A stretch of 64,000 bases of DNA from Batkoa obscura (lineage: Eukaryota). The DNA lies in NCBI GenBank assembly GCA_030770535.1, contig JASVEC010000003.1, forward strand, positions 1 through 64,000. Reading direction: 5' to 3'. Positions 27,274 through 45,138 of this stretch are shown here, one piece after another (the stretch's first letter is position 1; each line of letters opens with the position of its first letter). The position numbers and the translations under genes were made by a program. Below the pieces are notes generated by a model. The model ran no database searches, had not been told where the DNA came from, and saw only the letters and a program-made list of their open reading frames with translations.

Positions 27274-27997
27274 TTTAAGTTTAGTTTACTATTTTTACTT
27301 TTTTTTGCTTTTATAGCTCTATTTTGTGGTTATAGTTTTAATCCAATGATTTATTCCATGACATAATTGAACAGTTTGTATACTCATTAGAAACATTATA
27401 TAAACTAAATAGTTCTTACTTTGACTAATAAAATAATTTATGTCAATATTATGATTATGTCTAAATTTAAAGACGATGAAATATTATAGTTAAAAAAGAC
27501 AAATGCCTTCAATAAGCTACACTAAACAAAACATGTTTAAAACAATAAATTGATTTACTAACTATTTAAACAAATCTTATTTAAAATAATATATATATTA
27601 TGTTATAAGTATTAACTTATAAAAAATACTTTTGCTTGAACTTTTAATGAAAGTGATATCAATTGAAGCGCTAATAAAACCAATGCCCCTATATACAACA
27701 TTTATATATAATACGCTATGAGATTAATGAATACATTATTAAAAGTATTAATTATATGACTAATATAGTAATATTATTATTAGTGAAGTCTTTATTTTTA
27801 GCATTCATTTAATGAAACGAATGAAAGTTAATTAATCTGGGAAAAAAGCATTGAACTGATTAAAATAAAGTCCAATCAAAAAGGACGGCTGCCGCCAAAA
27901 CCAAAAAAGGAAATAACTTACAGGTAGTTTATCAGCCAATCACTAGAACAAAGTATATATACAATAGAAATAAAACTTTAAATAAAGAGATATCAAA

Positions 27998-30042
<2,045 letters not shown>

Positions 30043-30260
30043 TCTATTTAATATATGTTTAATATCCATCAATTTAAAGCATTTTTACACTATCAAATAA
30101 AGTAATAATAAACAACTAAAAACAATCAAATAGGTTGATATCTTCACTGTTATATTTCATAATACCTATTAATACCGAATAAATGATTGTGATAATTTAT
30201 ACTAACAATGATCCCACTCAATGAATAAACGAATGCCTTGCTTTAGATACTGTCTTTATA

Positions 30261-30360
30261 TGGCGATGTATTTTTTTGCTCAACAATTTTACTAACGGTT
30301 TTTCCATTCAGGTAACACTTTGAAAATAGAAAAAGTGATGAAACCAAAAAAAACACTCCA
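30261..30360 (+). mobile_element. MITE copy C (more diverged)
   Basis: TA|TGGCGATGTATTTTTTTG...GAAAAAGTGATGAAACCAAAAAAAACACTCCA|TA. Confidence 0.8.
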
Positions 30361-30678
30361 TATATTGACTCAATTAGACTATAAATAATCAATACTACCT
30401 CTAGTTTATGAATTAAGTAAAATGATAATAAAAAATTGATTTAAATATTAGATTAAATTCTAAATAAATTTTGTGTACACAAAAATAAAAACTTGGCTTC
30501 TACTATATATAACACTTACTATAATACCTACATTAATACATGCTATTAAATAAAATAATCTCATTCATCTTATTTAACGTAAATAGCATCAATTAAAAAA
30601 AGATATGTTTTAACTTATTTTCAATAAGCTAGAAATATAACAAATTTAAAATATTTTTGTCTAAATCTATTCCTTTGT

Positions 30679-31057
30679 TTATTTCTTCTTGATAGTAGAA
30701 CGACGCCCTTGTCCTAAGAATAAAAAGTAAGCCATAAATGAAAATAAAAATAAACTCAATTTTTAAAGTACCTTTTTTAGGGGCTCCTTTACCACGCTTC
30801 TTACGGGACTCCAAAATTTCAAGTCTATAATCTTCGTCAGCGGTACTTTTATCAAGGTTTAAGTCAGGGTTTTCTTTAATGAAAGAAACAATGTTAAATT
30901 GTTCTGGATAATAACTTAAAAGCTCGGGCCCTTTTAATGGAGTCAAAAATTTACGTGCTGTCCTTATACTCTTTTCTCCTACTTGATGGTGGCCGAATAC
31001 TTTGGCTATCACTTGCTGTAATGCTGCTTTTCTAGTAGCGCTTATTATTGTACTCAT
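30679..31057 (-). CDS. RSM27: Mitochondrial small-subunit ribosomal protein mS33 (Rsm27 family), 2 exons
   Basis: AKVFG..IRTARKFL-TPLKGPELLSYYP..DEDYRLEILESRKKRGKGAPKK|GQGRRS. Confidence 0.85.
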
Positions 31058-32211
31058 TTTAAAAATAGGTAGAGCAAAGATTGAACTTAGAAATATTTTA
31101 GATGAAATGTTCAAATAGTTATGCAAAGGATCGAAGTTTGCAAAAATGGAATTAGTAGCAAAATTCAAAAAAAAAATCACTTAACCAAGCTATAAACATT
31201 ATTTATGATAAGTTATAATACTATTATCCTTTTGAAATTTCGATCTTTTATATGAGAGCTATAATTTGTAAGTCTTTAAAAGATAATATAAACTAAAACA
31301 GTAAAAAAGGAAAATAAATAAAATAGAATTTTTGATTAAATACCAACAACCTTTATAAAATATTTTTATAGTAAACTTTATTATTAACTTTGTATTTTAT
31401 ATGAAAAGCAGTTGCCTTTTTTCACTATAATCAGATACAATATGGTATTTTATTAATATACATTTTATAAATTAATTAGAAATATAAACAATAATAATAA
31501 GTAACTTAAGAATTTTCATATTAGTTTATGTTTAATACTTAAAAACTTAAAAGTTTTAATAGCGCCTATAACAACTTTTACATAGTAAGTTTATTTATAA
31601 CATAAAAATAAACTAATTTATGTTTTTAATTCCTTTTGTTACATACACATGGCCTGTTAATTATTTGAAGTTTTCTGATTCGAACTTTAAAATAAATAAC
31701 TAGTTAGGAAAGCCCTTTAAGTATATTTAAAATTATTTATAGATACTATAATTATCTTTTGGATTTATGATACTATTTAATTATATATTTTAATAAAGCT
31801 CGACAGATATATCCGATATTTTTATGTGAACTTTAGACTATTAACTTTAATGCTTTGTTGGATAAAAGCGGACAAAATGTTTTAATAAAAACGAGTTCAA
31901 TGAAAATAATTGAAATAAACTAATGATATATATATATATAGTATAACTATAATAACTTTTATGTTAGATTTAGCATTTCATTACTTGGAATCCAATCAAT
32001 TTGGTTTATCTCACTGTTTCAAATATTGCTTCATAGCTGATTGAGATAGAAAATAAAATAGTGTTAACAAGTTATAAAAACCAATTAAAATTAGTCAATT
32101 ATCTACATAGTAATACCAAATTAAGTAAATTAGCTTTAAATAAATTCTAGTAGTCAACAAAGTAAAACAATCCTTTTTCCAGTTTGATTTACAATTTTGA
32201 AGTCAAAAATA

Positions 32212-34592
32212 ATGACAAACATCAACAACCAAAAGGAGGAAAGTGACGATTCTTTCATCTCAGGAGTTTCCATAAAACGTAAGTCAATGTTTTTATTGCA
32301 ATCTGAAATTGACTCAAATTTAGGTTACGGAAATAAAGATTATGAAAGACCTTACTCATCTAATCCAACGATACTCAGAAAAATTGTAGAGGATTCAGAA
32401 CTATATAATCGCTCTACTCAGCCTAATTACAGGAAGCTTGATTCATTAAATGAACTCGATGACTTATTAGACAAAAATAAAATTAGAGAACTCGAATCAA
32501 TTCCAACAAGAGAAAACTCAATAACAACTGAAGAAGAGCCAATTCAACAAGAAATCACAGTTTTACCATCTTTAAGCCAAGATTCAACCCAGCATATCTC
32601 TCAAATGAAAGAGATTGACTGTTATAATTATAAAACAGATTATAAGAGGCATCTAAAAACAAAAGATCTTATTTGGGCTCATTTGATATCATGTAATCCG
32701 GAAATTGGCGATATTTTTATAAAAGAACCTACAGAAATGGTCAGGTTTGGCCGAACTAGTGATTGTGACTATCGGTAATATAGTTTGAAATTTTAAAGAT
32801 TTAGCTCATCAATTTAGCTTTCTTGTTGAGAATGTTAGTAAAAACCACGCCATTCTATATGTAAGGAATTATAAGTAACAGGGCATTAGAATACTAAACA
32901 TTTAATAGCTTAAAGCGGACTCCGAAGGGCTTGAAAAAAATGAAGTATATATTGAGGATACCAGGTATTAAATTAAAAATAAACTGATATGTTAAACTAT
33001 TTTAGCTACAACGGAGTGTATGTTAATGGGGAAAGGATAGTAAAAAATAAGAAGACTTTGTTAAAAGATGGGGATGAAATTCAATTGACAAAATGGGAGC
33101 ATGGTGTAAAGTTCTTTGATGACAGATGTATTTATTATTAGTTGTTTTATTGAATCTAGTTAATTTATTTATAGGGTTCATCTACAAATCTACTTTAACT
33201 AAGGTTTCGAAATTTATATGATATGTATATTTATGATTAATTTAAAGCTATAGCCTAATGAAAGAAAAAACATCCTCCATGAACTTAGAAGCGTAAACTA
33301 GATTGAATTATACTTATATTAACATTAACATTAACTTAATTTATTAGCCTGAAGAAAGATACGAGATGAAGTATGAAATCGGCAAGTAAGTATTTTCAAT
33401 CTATAATCATCATTTTTTATTGTTAAAGGGGGCACTATGCAAACGTACTACTTGCTATTCATAGATATACAGGGGTAATGTATGCTGTGAAATCTATAAA
33501 TAAAACAAAGCTTAATGTCCACCCAGAGCATAAAGCTTACATTGAAAGAGAAGTAGATATATTAAAAAAGATTTCTCACGTAAAAATATTATAATATTTT
33601 TATTATACTTAATCTTCTATTTGTAGCCTTTCGTCATAAGTTCAGTTGAAAATTATATCCACGAAGAAAAGTTTAATATTATCTTTGATTAGTAATTTAT
33701 TGGTTTTTTATTTGATTTTTTATTTGGTTTACAGTATATAATTTTTATTTTCAATAGTTACCCAGATGGTGATTTATATGACTTGTTTGCTACTTCAACC
33801 CGCCTTAATGAGGTCCAAGTAGTAAGGATCGCTTATCAAATGCTTTCAGCTTTAAAGGTATCCCTATACCTCTTTATAAAACAACAATAGTAATAATTTA
33901 ATAGTATTTGCATCAAAACGAGATTATACATCGAGATATTAAGCCAGAAGTATATTTAGTTATTTATTTTGATCACCTATTTATTAATAAATCAAATTTA
34001 GAATGTTTTAGTTGTTAATAAATCCAACTTTAAAATAGTTTTAGCTGATTTTGGATTAGCCAGATTTTCTGATGGAAGGGAAACATTTAGTTCACTTGTT
34101 GGTAGCGCCAGCTATGCTGCACCAGAAGTAAACAACTTTGAGAATTGCAGAAGTTACACAGAAACCTGTGATATTTGGAGTTTAGGAGTCATGGTTTTTG
34201 TTGGTGTTTTTTTTCAAATGCCATTTGATAGTATTTTAATTTTGCTATTTTTTCCATTTTATTTATATAAATATTAGAGACTAAAAGCCAACCTATTGTA
34301 TCGACAGACGTTGCAAAATTGTTTGAACTTGAGAAGTGGACCGGTGTATCAGGCAAAATGAAGAATTTTATAAGATCACTTCTGCAATTTCAAAAAGATG
34401 CAAGACCTAGTGCCGTTCAAGCACTAAATGATCCATTAATAGTAAGCTATTTAATAAAAAATAACTGAAACTAAAATTATTTTATAGATCTCATATGAAC
34501 AGGAACTTGAGGATTTGATAGAGTATGAATACGAATTCACTCAAAAACCAGATAGCATTGCTTATGATACTGACCATGTTTCATTGAGATGA
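32212..34592 (+). CDS. FHA-domain Ser/Thr checkpoint kinase (Chk2/Rad53/Dun1/Mek1 family), many exons
   Basis: SQ/TQ cluster (SQDSTQHISQ), FHA motifs FGR..CD..VSKNHA..IEDTSYNGVYVNG, kinase motifs GKGHYANV..YAVK..HRDIKPEN..LADFGLA..VGSASYAAPE..CDIWSLGV. Confidence 0.88.
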
Positions 34593-35652
34593 TATAATTA
34601 ATATGACTCTAATACTTTAGGTATTTTATAAAAGCACCAAATACATACAATAAACTAAATTCACATCATCAAAAAACTAAACGTATCTCTTATTATCCAC
34701 TTATTTATGTATTATGTTATTATAATCAGAGTAAAACATGTAAATGCCCTTTTTTAATCATTTAGCTGTTATTTTTATATATTTTAAGCTATTTTAAAAG
34801 TGGACAATGTATTGAAATAAAAGAACAATCACCATATATTTGATTTATTGATTAATTTGTTTTTATTCACAATTCATAATTTCATATATCCCTACATTCC
34901 CTCCCTTATTGAAGAGCTTTCTTTTTTCGACTTTTCCAAGGGTCTTCTACCTTAAAACTCTTCATATGTTAACTAGATAACATAATATTTGAAGCATTAA
35001 ATTTAAAAAAACAATTCATGATTTTACCAATAATACTTTATCACTTTAAATTATTTTTAAAGTATAACAGACTAAAACTAACATTTATAGATTTTTACCT
35101 CATCTATTTTATTTTAATATTACTAAATAGCAAAAATATAAATTTATCTAAATATTAATATATCAAAATGATTGCTTTATTGTTCAATTACTAGATTTCT
35201 TTAATAATTATTTTTGATGTGCTTATTGATTCACTAATGTGTTTGTTATTTACCAAAATAAAATAAAATACGTTTTTAAAGATTTTTTAATATTAAGTCA
35301 ATGTTTATATTTCTACATTCTACATAGTTTTTATATCGCTAGTATCTAAAATTGCCCATATAGAAATAAATTTAAACAGATGAGTATTTATAGATGCTTT
35401 TATTTTTATCATATAAAATTTACAATAAATTAATACAATCTTATTAAACATACTACTCAAATTTCATATTTGTTAAATTATTGAATCAAAGTATTTGTTT
35501 AAAATAGAGCCATTTAAATCTCTTTATTAAAGTAATACGATGATTTAATTGGTCAATAGTTTGACATCTCCACCTATGTACTTAGTATTATAACTTAATA
35601 TAAGATACAGTTTCGACTCTCTCTCTCAAATTACAACTTGTAGATTTGAAAA

Positions 35653-36308
35653 ATGGTAGGAATTTATTACAATATATATTAGTAGACAAAGAGGAAAAAG
35701 GAGTATAAAGGAAATAAAACAGACATAACATTATTATAAACCCAATTTTTTGATGGATGCATATTACTTTTTTCCCAATCTACATTACAAAATAGATGAA
35801 AGCTTATTAACAGAATAAAAATAGCCTACTCGTCTTAGTAAAAATCGTAAGAAGCGTGGTCATGTATCAGCCGGTCACGGTCGTGTAGGTAAACACCGTA
35901 AGCATCCGGGAGGTCGTGGTCTTGCTGGTGGTCAACATCACCATCGTATCAACATGGATAAATACCATCCAGGTTATTTCGGTAAAGTAGGTATGCGTCA
36001 TTTCCACTTGAAACAAAATCCAAACTTCAGACCAGTTATTAACTGCGCTAAACTCGCTACCCTTGTACCTGAAGAAATCCGTCAACAAGTTGCTGGTAAA
36101 GAAATTGCCCCAGTTGTTGATGTATTAGCTCACGTAAGAAATTTCTATTTCAAAATTATTTTCATACTAATAATTCTAGGGATACGGAAAAGTTTTAGCT
36201 AAAGGACGTCTTGCTGAACAACCATTGATTGTTAAGACTCGTTCTATCTCTCGCCGTGCCGAAGATAAGATCAAGGCTAATGGTGGAGCTGTTGTTCTTA
36301 TTGCCTAA
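35653..36308 (+). CDS. RPL28: 60S ribosomal protein uL15 (L27a / yeast L28); exon 1 codes only ATG
   Basis: [71 protein letters not shown]. Confidence 0.97.
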
Positions 36309-37688
36309 AGATCTAATAAATATATTTATATAAAAGGAAATAAATGGTAATATATAAAATAAAGTAATTTTTTTTAGATGTAGAAGGTAAAAAACATTAT
36401 GCAGTAGAAAGAATAAATATATATGGCTGTAAGTAAATGAAAATAGTATTAAGACTTTGAACATCAATAGTAGATTTATTAGGTAAAAATCAATGTTTAT
36501 ATAAAGCCTGTTTGTAACAGTATTTCAAAAATATTTATGGTAATCACTTGGTTGTTATCTATTGAGACAATAAATATATAGCAACCATGTTATACTGTCA
36601 GGATTTTTAACGTTATCAGCTTAATTGTTATTTAAAGCCAGTTTATTGCTTGATTATTCAAACACGTATCCTCTTTGTTGTATTATAACATTCAATAAAT
36701 ATTCAAAATTATTATTATTATTCGCAGTTTATTATTTATAATCCATATGAATAGTTCATTGACATCAATAAATTATAGATTTAGTTAGTTATATTTAATA
36801 TATCAAGTAAAGCAATTGCTACAGTATTTTTCTAAAATCCACTATTAATTAACATTTAATTTGATTTATAGTTTAACTGATTCAAAAAGTTGTCATTTTA
36901 AAACAATCTACGAATTTGTTGATGTTTATTTTACATATAATAGACAAACCCTTTTTTATATTTTAAATAAAATGTTATTAGTTCGACTTGTTGAAAGTAT
37001 ATAGTTGATAATACAAGTTGAAATCGGAAATAATTGGATTATTCCTTTTCTAATACTATATGAATTATATTATTATTTAATAAACAAATCAATGTAATTG
37101 ATGGATCCCAAGGCACTTTTTTAAATTTCAGAATATCCTACTTATAAATTTTCAATTTATTAAATATACTTAAATCTTAATAGTTATAATCGATAGTTTA
37201 ATATAATTTATTTCAAATAGCTGTATGTATGTTAATGCAATAAACAAGCTGCAAGTTCCAAAAGTATGAACCTTATTAATGTTACAATCATTTATTATTG
37301 CAACATTTTTCCACGTACTCTATATACTATTCTTAGGAAATAGGGTGATGTAGCATGACTAACCATTTTTATTTAAACTAATTAAACTCTATGAAAATTG
37401 ATTAATCCAATCATTAAGCATATTTAGCTATTGATGTACAATTTCTATTTTAGGAGAAGAATCAAAATTCTCGATGGGACAAAAAAATAAAGAAATTACA
37501 CCAATTAAGTTCGGGTATTTAATCTTTAACTTTCTCAATTGGTTTTAGATAAGAAGATTATGCATAGAGGAATATTACCCAATTAGGTCTAGTAAACTAT
37601 AAGAATACATAAATTGAAAAGGTTTAAAATCCACCTCAAGTGAAAAAAAAATCAAAATTACACTTTATTAACTAAAAGTAAAAGTAAA

Positions 37689-39201
37689 ATGGCTGAACCT
37701 TACGTAGATCCTTGGGTATGTTAACTATATTAACCGTTATTTCATTGAATTAAACCCTTTAGAATGTGTGTCTTAACACCCCATTAGAACAAGAAGATAG
37801 TGAGATCTTTTATCTTATTGAAGAAGAAAAGTTCCGTCAATTCTCTGGCCTTGAACTTATTGCTTCAGAAAATTTTACTTCTCGCGCTGTTATGGAAGCC
37901 AATGGATCTTGTTTAACAAACAAATATTCCGAAGGTCTTCCTGGTGCTCGTTATTATGGTGGTAACGAGGTTGTTGATAAAGTTGAACAACTTTGTATCA
38001 AACGTGCCCTTGCTGCATTCAAACTTTCTCCAGAACGTTGGGGTGTTAATGTACAACCTTACTCTGGCTCTACTGCCAATTTTGCTGCCTTTACCGGTAT
38101 GATTAAGCCTTTTGATCGTGTTATGGGATTAGATCTTCCTTCCGGTGGTCATTTAACCCATGGTTATCAAACTGCTAAGAAGAAGATTTCCTCATCTTCA
38201 ATCTATTTCCAATCTATGCCATACCAAGTTGATAGTGAAACTGGTTATATTGACTATGATCGTCTTGAAGCCAATGCCAAGCTTTTCCGTCCACAAATTT
38301 TAATCTGTGGTGCTTCAGCTTATCCTCGTGATTGGGACTTTGCTCGTCTTCGTCAAATTGCTGACCAACATGGTGCTTATCTTCTTTGCGATATGGCTCA
38401 TATTTCTGGGCTTGTAGCTGGTGACGTTGTTAATGATCCTTTCAGCTATTGTGATGTTGTAACTACCACTACCCACAAAACCCTTAGAGGTCCTCGTGCT
38501 GGTATGATTTTCTTCCGTCGTGGAAATGATGATCCTAAACATGTAGATCTCGAATCTCGTATCAACCAAGCTGTTTTCCCATCTTGCCAAGGTGGTCCGC
38601 ATAACCACACCATTGCTGCTATTGCTGTAGCCTTAAAGCAAGCTGCTTCATTTGAATTCCATGATTATGCTTTACAAGTCAAACGTAATGCCGTTGCCTT
38701 AGCTGATGAATTAATTTCACTTGGTTATAAAGTTGTAACTAATGGTACTGATAATCATTGTATCCTTTGGGATCTTCGTCCAATCAACCTTACTGGATCC
38801 AAGTTAGAAAAGATTTGTGACGCTGCACATATCACTATTAACAAAAATGCTGTCCATGGTGATGTTTCAGCTCTTTCCCCAGGCGGTGTACGCCTTGGAA
38901 CTAGTTCCCTTACTTCTCGTTCATTTAATATCCAAGATTTCATTAGAGTTGCCTATTTCTTAGACCGCGCTGTAAAGATTGCTCTTAAAGTTCAGGTAAT
39001 TTTAAAATACAGTTTAATATTATATATCTAATTAATTATTAGGAATCTGCCCCATCCAAATTATTAAAAGATTTTGTCAAAGAGCTTCAAGGTAATGAGG
39101 AAATACTAGATCTCAAAGCTGAAGTTCAAAATTTTGCTCGTTCATACCCTATGCCAGGATTCAACCCAGTTGAGATCAAACGTTTATCACAATTACAATA
39201 G
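37689..39201 (+). CDS. Serine hydroxymethyltransferase (cytosolic type), 3 exons
   Basis: [36 protein letters not shown]-lysine motif [19 protein letters not shown]; no presequence. Confidence 0.97.
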
Positions 39202-39679
39202 ACGTTAGCATCCTGAAGTTTACCTTTTCAATAAATTTTTATATATAATAAGATGAATTAAATTTAATAACATTGTAAACACTTTTTATAATATAAGATT
39301 TGATATAGATTTTTTTTGTTTAAATGCACTTCAAACTGGAATTATTCTATTTTAACATAATTTGAAAATAAATTAAAACGATGATGTAATATAATTGATT
39401 TTAGGTTTCAAGCAACCAAGCGAACTACAACAATGATCAAAACCAAGTCTACACTTATTGATATTTTAATAAGAGGACATCTATCTATTATCATCAATGA
39501 TAGTAGGTATATGTTCTCTTGTATATGAATTATAATATAAAGATTTAAAGTAGTATCTTTACCAAAATAAAAGCTAAATTTATTTTAATGATGGGATTAA
39601 AAGTGATTTTTACAATAAGTTTAAGTTTTAAACTCTCTAATAGTTTTTACTAACGATAGTTAAATAAAATGTTATGATA

Positions 39680-39779
39680 TGGGGATGTATTTTTTGTTTG
39701 AGAATTTTACTAACAATCTTTCCACTCAAATAACGCTTAAAAAATGGAAAAAGTAATGAAACCAAAAAAAACATCCTCA
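39680..39779 (+). mobile_element. MITE copy D
   Basis: TA|TGGGGATGTATTTTTTG...AAAAAAAACATCCTCA|TA, lying between convergent SHMT and BNA6. Confidence 0.85.
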
Positions 39780-39876
39780 TATAGCAATACAATGTTTGGC
39801 TTTAAGGTCAATACAACTATTGTAGAATTAAATACAGTATAACAATCAAAATAAAACCACTAGTAAAATTCTAAAT

Positions 39877-41013
<1,137 letters not shown>

Positions 41014-41242
41014 TATTAAAGTTAAAACGTAATTAAATTATATTTTTTTGAAATATATTTGAATTGTTAAACTTGCCAAATTTTAATTATGATTTTTATT
41101 TAATTGGTTATTACCAAAATCGCTCTAAGCATATTGAGGTTATAACATAACATATAAACTAGAATATTATATAATGTAAACAAGTAGAAAGGCATAATTA
41201 ATAAGCCAAAAGTTTATTTTTGCCTACAATAAATAAGACATC

Positions 41243-41980
41243 TTAATGACGCGCCACTGTTTGTACGTAATGGATTAATACTTTGGACAATAATTTTAAC
41301 GAATAAATTAAGCAACTAACTTTGACCACTTCTGTAGCAATATAAAGTAAATATGAAAAAGAACGCGATTGATTTTCACTAGCTGCGATATGATTATTAT
41401 TGATTCTACTGTAAGTTATAGTAGATTGAGAAGGGCTATCTGAGTCATTGGTAGAAGTAGGAGTAGGAGTAGGAGCAGCGGTATTATCTGGGATAACATT
41501 TGAAGCTATTAAGAACTGAGACCTATGTAATAAGGCAGGTAATAACCAACAGGTTTGTAAGAAGCCAACTAATACAATGGGTGATAAAATGGATAAATTC
41601 AAAGACTCCAACTCGTTGAATTTATAGGGTAATTGAAGCGTAGGCGTAGTCCACTGCATTTCTAACAAATGTAATAAAGTTATACTAATTAATATCTCAA
41701 ACTTATTAAATGTTGATAAAACATGTCGACTAATATCTAAGCTTATAATAGTTGTTAACGTTGGAGCTAAAGTCTTTATAAAGTTTTGTAATAAAGTGAT
41801 ACTTATTATACTTCCCAACCAAAAACTGGTTAATGAAAATAAAGCTAGTGTATGGCTTACCACTGTAAGTTCAGGGGTTAGCATCAATCGGATAAAATAG
41901 CTTATTACGGATAAAAACAATAGTGTATGAAAGCTTGATAGCGGGTTTATTATAAAGGAGGATATATCGCTCTTATTCAT
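41243..41980 (-). CDS. Multi-pass membrane protein (DUF4149/TMEM205-like), intronless
   Basis: 245-aa ORF with several TM segments; FWLG..IS..K..APTL..LDISRHV..FNK.E and LQ.CWLLPAL..R..Y...EVVK pattern. Confidence 0.6.
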   Translation of the reverse strand: MNKSDISSFIINPLSSFHTLLFLSVISYFIRLMLTPELTVVSHTLALFSLTSFWLGSIISITLLQNFIKTLAPTLTTIISLDISRHVLSTFNKFEILISITLLHLLEMQWTTPTLQLPYKFNELESLNLSILSPIVLVGFLQTCWLLPALLHRSQFLIASNVIPDNTAAPTPTPTSTNDSDSPSQSTITYSRINNNHIAASENQSRSFSYLLYIATEVVKVSCLIYSLKLLSKVLIHYVQTVARH

Positions 41981-42286
41981 GATTTAATATACAACAGTTG
42001 ATTAAAAAGGAGCCAAATTGTGTATTTTTTGCATTTTAAACTAAGATGACGTTACAAAGTTCCTAAAAGTGAGGCAAATGAGATACAGCAAATTATAATT
42101 GATTATCTAAGTCAAAATCTAGAGTTAATTGGTCTCTTCGATCTACTTGAACTTACTCTGTTATAAATAAAATATTGACCTAATTTAAGCACAAAGCAAG
42201 TCATTAAAATTTGGGCTATTCTATCATTTTCAATTTTAAAATAAATAATAAGGATCATTAAGTAGACAATAAGCTTTGCAAAAGAG

Positions 42287-45138
42287 ATGGATAAATTACG
42301 TAGAGCGGTATTATCGCCAACGCACAACGAAAAGGAGAGAACTGAAAATGTACGTGTTGGGATTCGATTAAAACCAACCAAAACTACAGAAAACTCTTCC
42401 CCTTGGGTATTTGAAGAACTTCCGCACACATTTCCAAAGATTCAATTGGACTCCAAGTACTGTGAAAGGTTTAAAAAGCCCAGTTTTTCTCAAATTTATG
42501 GTATTTATTACTAATAAATATATTGATTTGGCTAATTTCACCATTTTAGACCTTTGCTTTACAGGCTCGGATAATTTTGAGGTCTATTCAAAGTGCGGGA
42601 GAGATATTGTGTTGTAAGTCTAAATTTTTAATTGTAAGCTTTATTTAATTATAATGATAACTATACAGATCTGCTATGGAAGGTTATAATGGTAGCTTAA
42701 TTAAGTTTTTTGGTTGATTATTTATATTTGACAGGTACATTATTTGCTTATGGACAAACGAGTTCTGGAAAAACTTATGTAAGAAAAATTACTATTTTTT
42801 ATAGTACAAAACTGACCTGCTTTTATTCAACTTATTTTATATCCCAAAAATAGACGATGGTAATTAGAATTAATACTATATTTTTATAAAAATTAATCTA
42901 TTTAGACTGGTATTATTTGTTTAAAATAAAGTTATTATTTTTATTTAAAAATAATTAAGGTACTGAAGAAGAGCCTGGAATTATTCCTCAAGCTGTAGAT
43001 GATATTTTTAAATACATCAAAAGGGTATATTTGATTAATTTGGTTAATATAATTCCTAAATACTTCAACTATCATTATAGACTGGCGGAAGTAAAGAATA
43101 TCTTTTGAGAGTATCGTATATAGAGATCTATAATGAAACAATTAAAGATTTACTATCACCTGAAATGGGAGATTTAAGAGTACATGAAGACAAAATAGTA
43201 AATTTGAGTTTGACTTTCACTTTAAATATTGCTAATAAATTTAGAGAGGCGTTTATGTGGCTCCGTTGAAGGAGGAGATAGTAACAACGCCAAAACAAGT
43301 AATGAAAATTATTGATCGTGGAGAAGGTATATTTCAATTTGATGGCTGCTTTTTTATTCATTATTTTTAGCTAACAGGCACATTGCATCTAATGATTATC
43401 ATGAACATTCCTCAAGATCGCATACTTTATTTCAGATTGTAATTGGTTTATAAGCATTATAAAAGTAATTTAGTAATCAATTTTAAATTAGCTGATTGAA
43501 TGTCGAGATGATAGTCACTCTAAATTAAGCCTAAACAAAAGGCATGTATTGGGCTTTCATAAAAAACAGCAGGGCGGTGTCAAATTCTCCCAGCTTGTAA
43601 GGCTTTATTTATTGAACCACGCTATTACTAACCCATCTTGTTAGAACTTAATTGATTTGGCAGGATCTGAAAAAAATAGCACCGATGGAGAGAGACGCAA
43701 AGAAGCGGCCTTTATAAACAAAAGTCTATTAACTTTAGGCTCAGTCATATCCAAGATTGCTGATGGCAAAGTAGGACATATCCCATATCGAGATTCTAAA
43801 TTAACTAGAGTTTTACAAAGTGCATTAAGTGGGAACTCTAGAATTGGGGTTATTTGTACTATTAATTCTGCAGGAACTTATGTTGAAGAAAGTTTAAGTA
43901 CCTTAAAATTTGGAGCAAGAATCAAAACGATAACAATTAAGGCTCAAAAGAACCCAATCAAAGACGGGAAAGCGTTGATTCAAAAATACCAAAGCGAGAT
44001 TAATGATTTGAAGATAAAATTAGTTGATACAAATACTACTATTGAGAAAAGTCAATCTGAAGAATTAGAACAACTCAGACAAAAGAACCAACAGTATGAA
44101 GGGGAATTGCTAGAACTCAATTTAGCCAGAACAGCATATAAAGAAAGAATTGATCATCTTACTAAATTAATATTAACATCCACATCAATGGAAGATAAAG
44201 TATTTAAACGCTCAAGACCACTTTCAGTACATATCTCTCAAAAAGAAAAAGGATTCTTTAGTCAACGATTAAGTTTTATGGGGAAACAAAAGGATCGTAA
44301 TGAACGATTAGATTGGGTATTAGAAGACCTAAAATTTAAGAATCGATACATCCAAGCGCTTGAAACATTATTAGATTCACTTGATAATGAATCTGGGATT
44401 TATGAAGACCCAACAGTTATTTATAAAAAATACCAAAATATTTTGAACAACAAAAATGCATGGGAAGAAGACAATCATTCCCAATCTCAACAGCAAGCCA
44501 AAGCTATTGAAGAGAAAGTTAGTACTACTTTAGGTAGAGTAGCCTCGTTAAGATTATCAAGACAATTTTCACGTACAGAATCAGATATATTATCTACCTT
44601 AAATTTACCAAGGACTTTACCATTTGACCCAACAAGAGAATCAAGTCAAAGAGGTTCTGAAAAATCACCTTCAAATGACTCATTTTATACACCTGTAAAC
44701 CAAGGTGAGATAAATGAGACAAATAATAAATCAGAAATTGTAGAAATGGAAGAAATTATTGAAGATCAAAATAGGGTTATATTGGAGCTTGAGCAAGAAC
44801 GTAAAGTACAATCAAAACAAGTTACAGATTTAAAGGATAAAGTGAAGAGATTGGAATTGTTATTATTTAAGAAGGCAGAGATTGAAGCTGCATCAAACAA
44901 TTTAAAGAGTGATGAGAATACGTTTGCACAACGCAGGGTGACAGAGCTTGAACAAGCCTTAGAACAAGAAAGAGAGTGGAGGAAGAAATATCTTTTATTA
45001 AATTCAAAAGATGCTATGGAGGGTTTGGAATCACTAAGTTTAAATGAAGATGCCCTCAAATCTTCATCCCCTATTCCACCCCCCAGATTAAGGCCACCTA
45101 ATAGTCTAAGGACTGAATCGCCTTCCTCTACCTATTAA
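42287..45138 (+). CDS. Kinesin-7 (CENP-E/Kip2/KipA-like) motor protein, many exons including 6-nt and 4-nt micro-exons
   Basis: [86 protein letters not shown].ALSGN; coiled-coil tail. Confidence 0.93.

Noticed and set aside
33858..33904. Intron starting GTATCCCT, resembling a U12-type donor
   Set aside because: Mismatch to GTATCCTT, no CCTTAAC branch point, only 47 nt; no other U12-like introns were seen.
35656..35824. Unusually long first intron of RPL28 as a snoRNA host
   Set aside because: No C/D box pair (RTGATGA...CTGA) or convincing H/ACA double hairpin; long first introns are common in ribosomal protein genes. Infernal/snoscan would be needed.
36549..36587. 10-bp hairpin tggttgttat...atagcaacca downstream of RPL28
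   Set aside because: Isolated stem with no second hairpin or box motifs; could be chance in AT-rich DNA.
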